Shown: piece after piece, positions 41,091-50,863 of the stretch
Layout of the letters: every line of letters starts with the position of its first letter
How positions within the stretch are numbered: position 1 is the first letter of the stretch
NCBI GenBank assembly: GCA_963713045.1
Contig: CAVQKE010000005.1
Location: forward strand, 32,001-96,000
DNA length: 64,000 nt
DNA from: an uncultured delta proteobacterium
Lineage (GTDB): Bacteria; Myxococcota; Myxococcia; Myxococcales; Myxococcaceae
Direction of reading: 5' to 3'
Position numbers and translations under genes: made by a program
Notes under the pieces: model-generated
What the model saw: only the letters and a program-made list of their open reading frames with translations
Told to the model about the DNA's origin: nothing
Databases searched by the model: none

Positions 41091-42599
41091 CTACTTCTGT
41101 GGCTGCGCGCGAAGTGATTTGAACGACGCTCTCATCTCGGTGGTGAAGAGTTCCGGCTGTTCCCACGCCGCGAAGTGGCCACCCTTATCGAGCCGGTTGT
41201 AGTAAATGAGTTTCGGATACGCCCGGACTATCCAACTCCGGGGCGCTTGATAGAGCTCATCTGGAAAAGCGCTGATGGCAACCGGGATGACGACGCCTTG
41301 CGGCGCAAAAAAGGCGATTTGCCTCAGGGGGACCCCGTGGAGTGTTTCCCAATAGAGACGAGCCGCCGAGACCCCCGTGTTCGTCAACCAGTAGAGCGTG
41401 ACGTTGTCGAGGATGTCGTCTCGCGTCAGGCCCTCCTTCTGGCCCTTAAAGACGCGCGCGATGAGCTCATAACTGCGAGCGTCGTGGTCGAGCATCCAGG
41501 CAGCGAGGCCGATTGGCGAATCGTCAATTGCGTACAGAGTCTGCGGGCGCTGGCTCATCTCCTGGGCGTACCCCAGGCCGGTCCTATAGAACGAGTCGAG
41601 CTGCTCATAGGCATGACGCTCATCGGCTGAGAGCCCGGCCGGCACCGGGCTGCTCGACAAGAGTGCCTTTGCAATGTCGGTCGGGACGGCGGCAGGCATG
41701 TTGGTGTGAATGCCCAGCAGTTCCGGAGGCGCAAGCAGGGCCATCTGCTCGGTGACCGCATTCCCCCAGTCGCCCCCCTGCGCCACGTAGCGCGTGTAGC
41801 CGAGGCGCTTCATCAGGACGATCCAGGCGCGCGCGACCCGAACGGGGTCCCAACCAAGAGCGGTGGGCTTCCCTGAAAACCCGTGGCCCGGCAAGGACGG
41901 AATCACCACATCGAAAGCATCCGATGCACTTCCGCCATGTGCGGTTGGATTCGTCAGCGGCTCGATGATCTTCAACTCCTCGATGATCGAGCCCGGCCAC
42001 CCGTGCGTTAGGATTATCGGCAACGCATTCGGATGTTTCGAACGAACATGGATGAAATGAATGTCCAGCCCGTCGATGTTCGTTGTGAACTGCGGAAGGG
42101 CGTTCAGTCTCGCTTCGAACTTTCGCCAATCGTAAGCGGTCTGCCAATAGTGCGCGAGTTCGCGCATCGTCGCGAGCTGCACGCCTTGCGAGTCATCTGT
42201 TACATTTTCCCCCGACGGCCATTTTGTTGCGGCGATCCGCCGACGCAGGTCCGCGAGTGCCTCGTCGGATGCATGAAAGTGGAACGGGCGGATCGCGGCA
42301 CTAGCACTTTCCGGTTGGGTCGTCGTGCTGGTTGTTTGGGTCATGGTGGCCTCCTTGTGGAGAGCGCGCGCTCCGTTCGGGTGATCCGCGATGGCCAGCT
42401 TCGTGGGGAGCACGCTCGTGTTAGCGACGGCGTCGTCGGGGGCGGCAGCTGCCGTGCCGTGAACGGTAACTGCGACAAGGCCGACGGCACTCGCGGCTGC
42501 TGCGAGAGCGGAAAAAAATCGACGCTTTCTTCGAGAGGCGCCCGCTGCTGCGGGTTCGTGGCTTGATGTTGCTGTGGATGCGTTTCTGTCCCTGGTCAT
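41091..42599 (-). CDS. Epoxide hydrolase (microsomal type)
   Basis: IRPFH, HGWPGS, QGGDWG, GGHFAAWEQP. Alternative start at 42344. Confidence 0.92.
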   Translation of the reverse strand: MTRDRNASTATSSHEPAAAGASRRKRRFFSALAAAASAVGLVAVTVHGTAAAAPDDAVANTSVLPTKLAIADHPNGARALHKEATMTQTTSTTTQPESASAAIRPFHFHASDEALADLRRRIAATKWPSGENVTDDSQGVQLATMRELAHYWQTAYDWRKFEARLNALPQFTTNIDGLDIHFIHVRSKHPNALPIILTHGWPGSIIEELKIIEPLTNPTAHGGSASDAFDVVIPSLPGHGFSGKPTALGWDPVRVARAWIVLMKRLGYTRYVAQGGDWGNAVTEQMALLAPPELLGIHTNMPAAVPTDIAKALLSSSPVPAGLSADERHAYEQLDSFYRTGLGYAQEMSQRPQTLYAIDDSPIGLAAWMLDHDARSYELIARVFKGQKEGLTRDDILDNVTLYWLTNTGVSAARLYWETLHGVPLRQIAFFAPQGVVIPVAISAFPDELYQAPRSWIVRAYPKLIYYNRLDKGGHFAAWEQPELFTTEMRASFKSLRAQPQK

Positions 42600-42991
42600 G
42601 GCCCCTCCCGCATCAAGCACCCCGTTGTACAAGAACGAAGAATGTCGATTAGGTGACAACTATCGGACGACCGCATCCGTCCCTATCTTGAGGGCGGGCT
42701 TGCCCCCACGCTTGAGCCGGCGTGTACTATCCAAAACACTGCCAGTGCGAACCGAGTTCTTTTTGTGCCCCAAGATGCAGATGAGATTGGCACGAATCTA
42801 CTGGACAAACGTTTCGTCCGGGACCTTCGACTCAGTCGACGCCTAAGCCTCGTCGGAGGGCGGCACCCAAGCCGCCGGCGTGCGTGGACAGCGGCCGAGG
42901 CAGGCCCAACTCCGGCCTTCGACCGACGTCAAAGTCTATTGACATTGGGCGACGGCCCGACCCATCAACCAAAGAAGCGAGCGAGAGCCGA

Positions 42992-43441
42992 ATGGATTCA
43001 CGTTTGTTGATGACGCTTCAGGTCGCCGTGGTCGGCGCACAGAGAATTGGCCCGGTGCCTTGCGGGACGCGCGTAGTGTCACCAATTGGGAGCGGGCACT
43101 TCGAGGGGCCGCGGCTGCGAGGCAACGTCCTACCCGGTGGCGGTGACTGGACGCTCCTCCGGGCAGATGGCGTCCTCGAGCTCGACTTGCGCCTCACACT
43201 CGAAACGGACGATGGCGCGCTGATTTACATGACGTCGTTCGGGCTTCGTTACGGGCCACCGGAAGTAATCGCTGCGCTCGCTCGCGGTGAGAGCGTCCAC
43301 CCCTCCGCCTACTATTTCCGGACCACGCCCCGCTTTGAGACTGGTCACTCGAAGTACATATTTTTGAACCGCCTTCTTGCCGTGTCGAGCGGTGATCGGC
43401 GAGCCGAAGGCCCCATCTACACTATCTACGAAATTCTATGA
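42992..43441 (+). CDS. DUF3237 family protein
   Basis: GPRLRG.VLPGGGDW, LETDDGALIY, YFRTTPRFET. Confidence 0.88.
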   Translation: MDSRLLMTLQVAVVGAQRIGPVPCGTRVVSPIGSGHFEGPRLRGNVLPGGGDWTLLRADGVLELDLRLTLETDDGALIYMTSFGLRYGPPEVIAALARGESVHPSAYYFRTTPRFETGHSKYIFLNRLLAVSSGDRRAEGPIYTIYEIL

Positions 43442-43557
43442 GCCGGCGAACGCTCGTCAAAATAATTGATTTGCCTGTATATGCCGAAGATTGGGTGTCG
43501 CTGACGATGCTTCGCTAGCGAAGCAGAATTTGATAGAATTACAGAGGGGTTACTCAT

Positions 43558-43809
43558 ATGGGAGCAATCAGCTTTAGGAGCAGCATCCTCCCGCTTTTCA
43601 CCGAAGTTGACATCGACCACATGAAGAAGGTCTTTGACCTCTCGCGGTATGAGGATGTGAAAGCAAACGCGGAAGCAATTCTCGGTCGACTTGTGGGGGC
43701 GACCGGCCCGGTGATGCCACCGCCTCAGTCTCTAGGCGGCTCCGGGCCATGGTCCCCGCAACAAGTCGCCGTTTTTAAACGATGGATCGACGACGGGTGC
43801 AACCCTTAG
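43558..43809 (+). CDS. Small conserved hypothetical protein
   Basis: SFRSSILPLF...DLSRYEDVK...MPP...W...FKRWIDDG; GAGG RBS. Confidence 0.7.
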   Translation: MGAISFRSSILPLFTEVDIDHMKKVFDLSRYEDVKANAEAILGRLVGATGPVMPPPQSLGGSGPWSPQQVAVFKRWIDDGCNP

Positions 43810-44178
43810 CGGCGTTGCAGAACGCAATTCAATGACTCGGCTGGACGGAAGGCATAGCGAATGCCCTATTCCGATCGAGCGAGAGCCATGGATCAATCGG
43901 CATGCAGAGCTCGCCGACAATCCTCGTGGACGGCACCAAACGCTGCCGGTGCTGATGGCCGGATACCTAGGTTGGAGGCTCTACGTCGAAGGGATGTGGG
44001 GTGATCCGCCGCGTGAACTCATTGCGGCAACGCGGAGCCAGGCGATCCAGTGAGACCCAGCGTAGGGGGGGCGGTCTTTGGCGCGAGGGCATGTTACTGG
44101 CCTCTTCGCCTCCCGACCTGGTGGAGCGCTTGATGATAAAGCAAAGCGGGGACTCTGGCTTCGCCCGGAGCACTCGGC

Positions 44179-44715
44179 CTACGGCCGGCGCAGTCTGTAG
44201 CGCAGCTGTGCTAGCCGGTCACCAAACGACTTGACGCTGTCGAGGATGAGACCGGATTCCATCTTCACGCCCCCAAATAGCGGCAGCCCCTCACCAATAA
44301 GCACCGGCACAAACGTCATGGTGAGCTCGTCCAGCAGCCCGGCGGCGAGAAAGTCTCTAATCACCACACCCCCGTCGGCGTAGATGTGACGAGCTCCCTC
44401 CGCCTCAAGCTGAGCCATTAAGCCGTTGGGCTCGCCTGAGTAGGCACTCTCGTCATATCGGCCTTCCACAGAACCGTGGGTCATCACAATGCAGCGCTTC
44501 CCTTCATGGAACCAGGGGCCGCCTTTTGAAACCTGGTTCAGGACGGACTCATACGTCTTGCGCCCAAGCAGTACGGTGTCGACCGAGTCGAAAAACGCAG
44601 CAAAGCCGTGCTCTTCGCCCTCAAACCGTTCGAGAAAGTCGAGGGTGCCGTCTGGTCGGGCGAGAAAGCCATCGAGACTGACACCCACGAATGTCGAGGT
44701 GCGGGGTCGAGTCAT
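44179..44715 (-). CDS. Dihydrofolate reductase / RibD C-terminal family protein
   Basis: SLDGFLA, LLGRKTY, DGG...AGLLDEL...PVLIGEGLPLF. Confidence 0.9.
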   Translation of the reverse strand: MTRPRTSTFVGVSLDGFLARPDGTLDFLERFEGEEHGFAAFFDSVDTVLLGRKTYESVLNQVSKGGPWFHEGKRCIVMTHGSVEGRYDESAYSGEPNGLMAQLEAEGARHIYADGGVVIRDFLAAGLLDELTMTFVPVLIGEGLPLFGGVKMESGLILDSVKSFGDRLAQLRYRLRRP

Positions 44716-44964
44716 GATGAGAGGGTATAAGACAAGTCGGCCTAACAGAGGCGGGCGGGCTGCGCCGAGCCGTGGACGCAGGGGCCGGGCCTCCGGGGGG
44801 CGTAGCCTTTCCGTCGACCGAGGGCGTCATCTTCCACCTGGCTTCTCTAACGGTTTGTGCAACCACGCATCCGTTGGCTGAGGCTCAGGGTTCTGCATTG
44901 TCTGGCCCGCGATCCAGGGAGGATCCTTAGCCGCCTCTCCTCGAACTCGCGATGAGCGCCCTTC

Positions 44965-45100
44965 GGTCGGAATTGGAATCCGAATGACGTTTCCCCCGAG
45001 CCGCAGGTGCTCGAGCTTCCCGGCCTTCAGCCAGCCGTAGACCGTTGCTGTCGAGGGCGAGCTCGCGGACTGTGACTCCCATCCGCTCTTTTGGTGTCAA
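44965..45100 (-). pseudogene. Degenerate excisionase-like helix-turn-helix protein
   Basis: LTPKE...(frameshift) STATVYGWLKAGKLEHLRLGGNVIRIP, an Xis/HTH_17-like pattern. Confidence 0.6.
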
Positions 45101-45206
45101 ACGGTGCCGAACTATGCTCCTCACCCACCGGTGGGGCACCCGCAGAAGTCAAAGAGTGTGCGGGCTTAGCAGGTGGCCGCGGCCCCGGTCGGGGTACCCA
45201 TCCGCT

Positions 45207-45249
45207 CTCCGGAGCCGAAGGCCACTGGTTCGAACCCACTATCGCGCGC
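45207..45249 (+). mobile_element. 3' half of a tRNA-Arg(CCG), att-site-like remnant
   Basis: CTCCGGA anticodon loop, GCCGA, AGGCC, ACTGG-TTCGAAC-CCACT T arm with one mismatch, ATCGCGCG acceptor strand. No 5' half upstream. Confidence 0.65.
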
Positions 45250-45651
45250 TCCCGCAAGTGCCCATGCTTTCACGGGAACTGCCCCCGATGACGAAGGACC
45301 GGTGCTCCGTTTGGTGCGCGCTTGGACCCCGCGGCGCCGTTTCCTCGCCTGAGGCGAGAGGCCGGAAACACCTCTCCGCCCTCCCCAACCGTGAGGCGGT
45401 CCACGTTGACGTCGACGCCGCATCGGTTCCCAATTTCACCATGTCGTGCAATTTCCGCGTCACTCCGCATTTCTTTCGCGCTCCCCGGCGCTGGGTTAGC
45501 TGCCTTTCCCTCGCAGTACGACAGGAGTGGAACGCTCGAGGGCCGAATGACACCGAGCGGCGCGAGACACGACTGCAATGAATTTGCGTGACAGGCCGTT
45601 CCTTTCCAACGAACCTGGTTGCGCGACATTCCCCAGAACGGGACGGTGCAC

Positions 45652-46113
45652 ATGGCAGCCGGTATCGCTCAGAGCAGCTTGAAGCCGGAACGGCGGAGGT
45701 TCCTGAACTGGTGCATTGGCTTCGGCTTGCTCGGCTGGGCCGCCAGCATTCTGTACCCAGTGCTGCGCTACCTCCGCCCCTTGGGAGACGTGGGCGCGGG
45801 CGGTCCGCTGAAGCTCACGGCGGACGAGCTCTCCACCCTAAACAAGTCGCACTTCGTCATCGCGCGGGCGGGGACTCGGAAGGTGATTGTCTTCGAAGCC
45901 GGTGGGGAGCTGCACGCCCTGGATGCCAAGTGCACCCACGAGGGCTGCACCGTGCAATTCGTCCCGGGCGACTCCCTCATCTGGTGCGCCTGCCACAACG
46001 GCAAGTTCGACCTGGACGGGCGGGTGCTGTCCGGTCCGCCGCCCCGGCCTCTCGGGAAGTGGGTCGTCACCCGAGAGGGGGACGAGGTGACGCTGACGAT
46101 GGAGACGGCATGA
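45652..46113 (+). CDS. Rieske 2Fe-2S subunit of a bc-type complex
   Basis: Tat-like ERRRFL plus TM helix, CTHEGC and CACHNG, GPPPRPL. Confidence 0.93.
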   Translation: MAAGIAQSSLKPERRRFLNWCIGFGLLGWAASILYPVLRYLRPLGDVGAGGPLKLTADELSTLNKSHFVIARAGTRKVIVFEAGGELHALDAKCTHEGCTVQFVPGDSLIWCACHNGKFDLDGRVLSGPPPRPLGKWVVTREGDEVTLTMETA

Positions 46114-47522
46114 TTGAGGCGCAGCACCCGGACGCGTCGCCGTCCACCGGGGAGCGCCTCTACCGTTGGCTGGACGCGCGTTTCAAGCTCGCGAAGCTCG
46201 TGGAGTTCGTCCGTCACAAGGAGGTGCCGGTTGGCGGCCACTCCATGGTCTGGTACTACCTGGGCGGCACCACGCTCTTCTTTTTCACGGTCCAGGTTGT
46301 CTCCGGCGTGCTGCTCCTCATGTACTACCAGGCTGGCGAGGGGACTTCCTACGAGTCCATTCGCTACATCACCACGCGGGTGCCCTTCGGCTGGCTCGTT
46401 CGCTCCATCCACTGCTGGAGCGCGCACCTGATGATTCTCTCGCTGGTGATGCACATGTTCAGCACCATGATTTTGAAGGCCTACCGAAAGCCTCGGGAGC
46501 TGACCTGGCTCACGGGTTTCGGGCTCTTCGGAATCGCTCTGGCCTTCGGCTTCTCCGGCTACTTGCTTCCGTGGAATGAGCTGGCCTTTTTCGCGACCGC
46601 CGTCGGCACCGACTCCGTGAAAGGTGTGCCGCTGATTGGCCAGTGGCTCTTGGAGGTGATGCGCGGCGGCCCGGACGTCACCATCAACACGCTCTACCGC
46701 TTCTTTGCCCTGCACGTCGTCATCCTGCCGCTGGTCATTGTCGGTGTGGTGGCAATCCACCTCCTCTTCATCCAGGTGCAGGGCATGGCGCCGGGAATGG
46801 CTCACCAGCGAGCGGACCGGCCCGGCCTCAAGTTCTTCCCGGACTTCCTCCTTCGGGACCTCCTCTTGTGGCTGGTTTGCTTAATCCTGTTGGCCGTCCT
46901 GGTGTACCTGCTCCCCTACGGCCCCGGCATCCCTGGGGTGGAATGGGAGTTGGGGAAGAAGGCCAACCCGCTTACCCCCGCGTATCCGGGCATCAAGCCG
47001 GAGTGGTACTTCCTCTGGATTTACCAGCTGCTTAAGGAGTTCCCCGCGCACCTGGGCTTTTTAGAGGGCCCACAGGCGGCACTGCTGTTGGTGACGGTGT
47101 TGATGGGGATTTGGGCGCTGGTGCCCTTTCTGGACCGGCGGGCCAGCCGAGGCCTGCCCTCGCCGAGGTTTACGGATTTGGCCATCGCGGCCATCATCTT
47201 CATGGCCTACCTGACGCTGAAGGCATGGGACGTGGGCGGCCGAAAGCCTGGCTCCACCGCCCTTCCGGACCCCCGGGCCACCGCTTGGACGTGTGCGCTG
47301 ATTACGCTGGCGATTGCGTCGGCCATCGCCCTGCTTCGGATACTCGCTTACAAGCAGCGCTGGATGCTCTTCTCCGGGGCGGCGCTTCTGCAGGTGGTGC
47401 TCAACGGCGTCTTCGGGGTGGACTACCTGGTCGCCGGAGTCGTCGCTCTGCTCCTGCTCATCGCCGGGCTGGCGGTTGGTAAGTGGAAGGGCCGCGGCGA
47501 TGCGCTGGAGGCGTCCAGGTGA
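46110..47522 (+). CDS. Cytochrome b (fused b/subunit IV type) with extra C-terminal TM helices
   Basis: RSIHCWSA...MHM, GYLLPW, RFFALHV...IHL, PEWY. Confidence 0.93.
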   Translation: MIEAQHPDASPSTGERLYRWLDARFKLAKLVEFVRHKEVPVGGHSMVWYYLGGTTLFFFTVQVVSGVLLLMYYQAGEGTSYESIRYITTRVPFGWLVRSIHCWSAHLMILSLVMHMFSTMILKAYRKPRELTWLTGFGLFGIALAFGFSGYLLPWNELAFFATAVGTDSVKGVPLIGQWLLEVMRGGPDVTINTLYRFFALHVVILPLVIVGVVAIHLLFIQVQGMAPGMAHQRADRPGLKFFPDFLLRDLLLWLVCLILLAVLVYLLPYGPGIPGVEWELGKKANPLTPAYPGIKPEWYFLWIYQLLKEFPAHLGFLEGPQAALLLVTVLMGIWALVPFLDRRASRGLPSPRFTDLAIAAIIFMAYLTLKAWDVGGRKPGSTALPDPRATAWTCALITLAIASAIALLRILAYKQRWMLFSGAALLQVVLNGVFGVDYLVAGVVALLLLIAGLAVGKWKGRGDALEASR

Positions 47523-49093
47523 GGTCTCTGTGCACGCTGTTGCTTTTCCTCGGCCAAACCGGCCCGGCACCCGCACCGGACGACGGCAAGCTCTCCCCGT
47601 CCATCGAGAAGCTATTCGACGAAAAGGGCAAAGACGGAAAGCCTATTCTGGGTGAGACGGAACGGCTGTATTTGAAAAAGCTGCCTCTCCATACGCGCGA
47701 GCTCATTGGGAAAGACGTGGATGCGGTGACGGTGAGCGGGGCCACGCACCTCAAGGCTCTCTTGTCCCTAGAGTTGTCCTCGCAGACGGCAGCCATCGTC
47801 TTCTCGGACAACTGCGTGCTCTGCCACAGCGACCCGGATGCTCAAAACCCCAAGCGCCTCTTCTCCCCGGACCCAGAGGCCACCCACTCGGCGAAGCACC
47901 TGAACCTCAAGAGCTTCATGAGCGACGTGCACTTTCGCCGGGGGCTCTCCTGCGCGGGCTGCCACGGGGGCTCGCCAGACAACGATGTGATGACCCCGGA
48001 CATCATGGCGCGTTGGCCCAAGGCGGAGGTGCGCCAGGTGGACCGCACCTGGATTCCGGAATTCTGCGCCCGGTGCCACGCAGACCCGAACTTCATGCGC
48101 GGCTTCAACCCTTCCCTCCCCACCGACCAGCTCGCCAAGTACCGCGACAGCCAGCATGGCATCCTGCTGCTGCAGCAACATGACTCCAAAGCGGCGCAAT
48201 GCGTCAGCTGTCATGGAGTGCATGGCATCCGGGGTCCGAAGAGCCGCCAGTCCACGGTGCACCCGCAGGCCATTCCTGAGACGTGCGGGCATTGCCATGC
48301 GGACCCGAAGTACATGGCGGGCTACAAGAAAGAGGACGGCTCGCCCCTGCCCACCAACCAGCTGGAGGGCTTCAAGAAGTCGGTGCACGGAGTGGCGCTC
48401 CTTGACAAAGGAGACCTCGGCGCTCCTGCCTGCAACAGCTGCCATGGCAACCACGCGGCCATGCCGCCCGCGGTAGGTTCAGTCTCGCAGGTCTGCCGGA
48501 CCTGCCATGCCCTGAACGGGACATTCTTTGACGGAAGCAAGCACAAGCACGCTTTCGAGCAGCACCGGTGGCCGGAGTGCGAGAAGTGCCATGGGAAGCA
48601 TGAGATTCTAAAGCCGACCGACGCGCTGATTTCCGACGCCCACGACGGCCTCTGTGGCGCCTGCCACGCCGAGTACGCGAAGGACAACCCGGAGTGCAAC
48701 GCGACGGCGCGTTACTTCCGGAGCAGCCTCACCGAGCTTGTCGCGGACGCGCAAAGGGACCGGCCGGAGGTGGAGCATCTGGCGGAGCGCGGCCTGGACA
48801 CCCAGCCCATCCTTGCTTCTCTCGACGAGCTGAACGAGGACATCGTCCAAACCCGGGCGAGGGTGCACACCTTCGACCGGGGGGGGTTCGACCAGGGGGC
48901 CAAGGCTGGCCGCGAGGCGGTTGCCAAGACGGAGAAGCTACTGCAAGCGGCACGGGACGAGCAGCGGTACCGACGCAATGGACTCCTGGTTTCCATCGGC
49001 TTCATGGCGTTGTTGGCCGTGGCAATGGGATTCAGAATCCGCGAGCTGAGCCGGCGGCGGCCCAAGACCAACGAGGGGCGGCGTCCCACGTGA
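47519..49093 (+). CDS. Membrane-anchored multiheme cytochrome c (9 CxxCH)
   Basis: CVLCH, CAGCH, CARCH, CVSCH, CGHCH, CNSCH, CRTCH, CEKCH, CGACH; C-terminal TM helix. Confidence 0.92.
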   Translation: MRSLCTLLLFLGQTGPAPAPDDGKLSPSIEKLFDEKGKDGKPILGETERLYLKKLPLHTRELIGKDVDAVTVSGATHLKALLSLELSSQTAAIVFSDNCVLCHSDPDAQNPKRLFSPDPEATHSAKHLNLKSFMSDVHFRRGLSCAGCHGGSPDNDVMTPDIMARWPKAEVRQVDRTWIPEFCARCHADPNFMRGFNPSLPTDQLAKYRDSQHGILLLQQHDSKAAQCVSCHGVHGIRGPKSRQSTVHPQAIPETCGHCHADPKYMAGYKKEDGSPLPTNQLEGFKKSVHGVALLDKGDLGAPACNSCHGNHAAMPPAVGSVSQVCRTCHALNGTFFDGSKHKHAFEQHRWPECEKCHGKHEILKPTDALISDAHDGLCGACHAEYAKDNPECNATARYFRSSLTELVADAQRDRPEVEHLAERGLDTQPILASLDELNEDIVQTRARVHTFDRGGFDQGAKAGREAVAKTEKLLQAARDEQRYRRNGLLVSIGFMALLAVAMGFRIRELSRRRPKTNEGRRPT

Positions 49094-49126
49094 CGTAGCG
49101 CCACATGTGCTGGGCAGAAGGGCACC

Positions 49127-50824
49127 ATGGAGACCCGCCTGCAAGCAGTCGAAGAGAAGGTGACCCGCTTAAGTGAGCGGGTCGACCAACTCGAAAAGAA
49201 GCTTGCGGCAACGCCCTTCCCCGCCTTCTCCCCCCCGTGGCCGGAGGGCGAACCCCAGCTCCCCACGGTCCCGTCTTCGAGCGCGGAGCTGACCCGTTGG
49301 GCGACGCTTCTTGGCCGCAGTTGTGTGGTGCTAGGAGGCGCCTTCCTCTTCCGCGCTCTTACCGAGGGGGGGACGCTACCCACCGGCGTAGGCGTGGCGT
49401 TGGGAATTGCCTTCGCAGCCGTGTGGGTCTTCTTCTCTCACCGGGCCGGAGCGAGGGGCGCGACGCTGAGCGCTGGGTTCTATGGGGTTACTGCCGCGCT
49501 CATCGCTTACCCTTTGGTGCTGGAGACGACGACGCGGCTGGTCGCGATGTCCAGCGGGCTTGCGGCGCTGACGCTTCTGGGGTTCACCGCCCTGCTCCTG
49601 ACGGCGTCTTGGCGGGACCGACTCCGTTGGCTCGCTTGGATTGGCGTCGTGTCTTGCCTGGTCACCACTCTCATTCTGCTGAGGGCGACTCCGGGCAAAG
49701 CAGACTTCATCGGGGTCCTCTTCGTCTTGGCGGCTGCTGCCTTCTGGCTTGGCGAGCGTCCGGGATGGGGCGGCCTTCGGTGGCTTCCCGCCCTCATTCT
49801 GGACTTGGTCGTGCTTCGCGCCGTCCTCACCTCCATGCCGCAGGTCCTCGTCTACTCTCTTGCGCTCGCCTGTCTGTCTCTGGGCTTTCTGTGTTTCCGG
49901 ACTGCAGTCCTCGCACGGCCCGTGGGCGCATTCGAGGTCCTCCAGACGCTGGCAGGGCTCGCCGTTGGACTGACCGGAGCGCTCCGAGTGTCGGCTGAGG
50001 CAGGGCACGGCTCAGGCGCGGTGGGAGCCGGGGTGTTCGCCGCTTCCCTTCTCGCGCTGTTCTTCGCGGCGTGGGTCGTTCCTCGTCGAGGCAACCGAGA
50101 CCTGGACTTTCTTTTCTATGCGAGTGTGTCCCTTGGGCTGCTCTCCTTGGGCGTGGCGCTGGTGACTGCGGGCGATTTACGCGGCGTGCTTTGGTCCACC
50201 TTCGCGTTCCTTACCGCGCTTCTTGGACGCCGAAAGCACGCCGGCACGCTCTTTTCCTTCGCGGCACTCCTCGCGTTAGGGGCCGCCTTCACCACGGGGT
50301 TGATGCGCGGAATTTGGCAGGCCCTCGCCAGCCGCGAACCGGGCCCCTGGCCGGCGATGAGCCCTGGAAGCGCCGCTGTGCTGGGGCTTGTCCTGCTCAC
50401 CTACCTCGCGACCGTCCCTCCGCTGCGGCCCGCTCTCTTGCGTCCGGCCAATTGGGCATCGGACCGCTTGCCTGCGGCCGCGCTCCTTGCCCTCGGCAGC
50501 GCTGGGCTGGCCACGTTACCGTTGCGGGCGTGCGGCCCCTGCACCGCCGATGCTGCGCATCTCGCTACCTCCCGAACGCTAATGGCGGTCGCGGTCGGCT
50601 TGTCGCTTGCATTCGTCCGCCGGCGTGTGGCATGCCCCGAGCTCAGGTGGATTGCGTACCTCGCGCTGGTTCTCGGGGGAGTCGAGTTGGTCGTCCAGGG
50701 CTTACCGAGTGGGCAGCCGCTCCTGTTGCTAGTCTCCTTCATCATCTACGGAGCCGGACTGATTTTGGTCCCGCGCCTGGCTCCTCCCGGCGGTGAGGCC
50801 CTGTCCTCAAGCGGTCCGCACTAA
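49127..50824 (+). CDS. Polytopic membrane protein (DUF2339-like)
   Basis: N-terminal coiled coil followed by many TM helices. Confidence 0.6.
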   Translation: METRLQAVEEKVTRLSERVDQLEKKLAATPFPAFSPPWPEGEPQLPTVPSSSAELTRWATLLGRSCVVLGGAFLFRALTEGGTLPTGVGVALGIAFAAVWVFFSHRAGARGATLSAGFYGVTAALIAYPLVLETTTRLVAMSSGLAALTLLGFTALLLTASWRDRLRWLAWIGVVSCLVTTLILLRATPGKADFIGVLFVLAAAAFWLGERPGWGGLRWLPALILDLVVLRAVLTSMPQVLVYSLALACLSLGFLCFRTAVLARPVGAFEVLQTLAGLAVGLTGALRVSAEAGHGSGAVGAGVFAASLLALFFAAWVVPRRGNRDLDFLFYASVSLGLLSLGVALVTAGDLRGVLWSTFAFLTALLGRRKHAGTLFSFAALLALGAAFTTGLMRGIWQALASREPGPWPAMSPGSAAVLGLVLLTYLATVPPLRPALLRPANWASDRLPAAALLALGSAGLATLPLRACGPCTADAAHLATSRTLMAVAVGLSLAFVRRRVACPELRWIAYLALVLGGVELVVQGLPSGQPLLLLVSFIIYGAGLILVPRLAPPGGEALSSSGPH

Positions 50825-50863
50825 CCCGAATGGAGGTGCTCTGCGCACCTCGGTGGTGACTCC

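Noticed and set aside
45170..45249. Intact tRNA-Arg gene
   Set aside because: No acceptor 5' strand or D arm upstream and a T-stem mismatch; reported only as a fragment.
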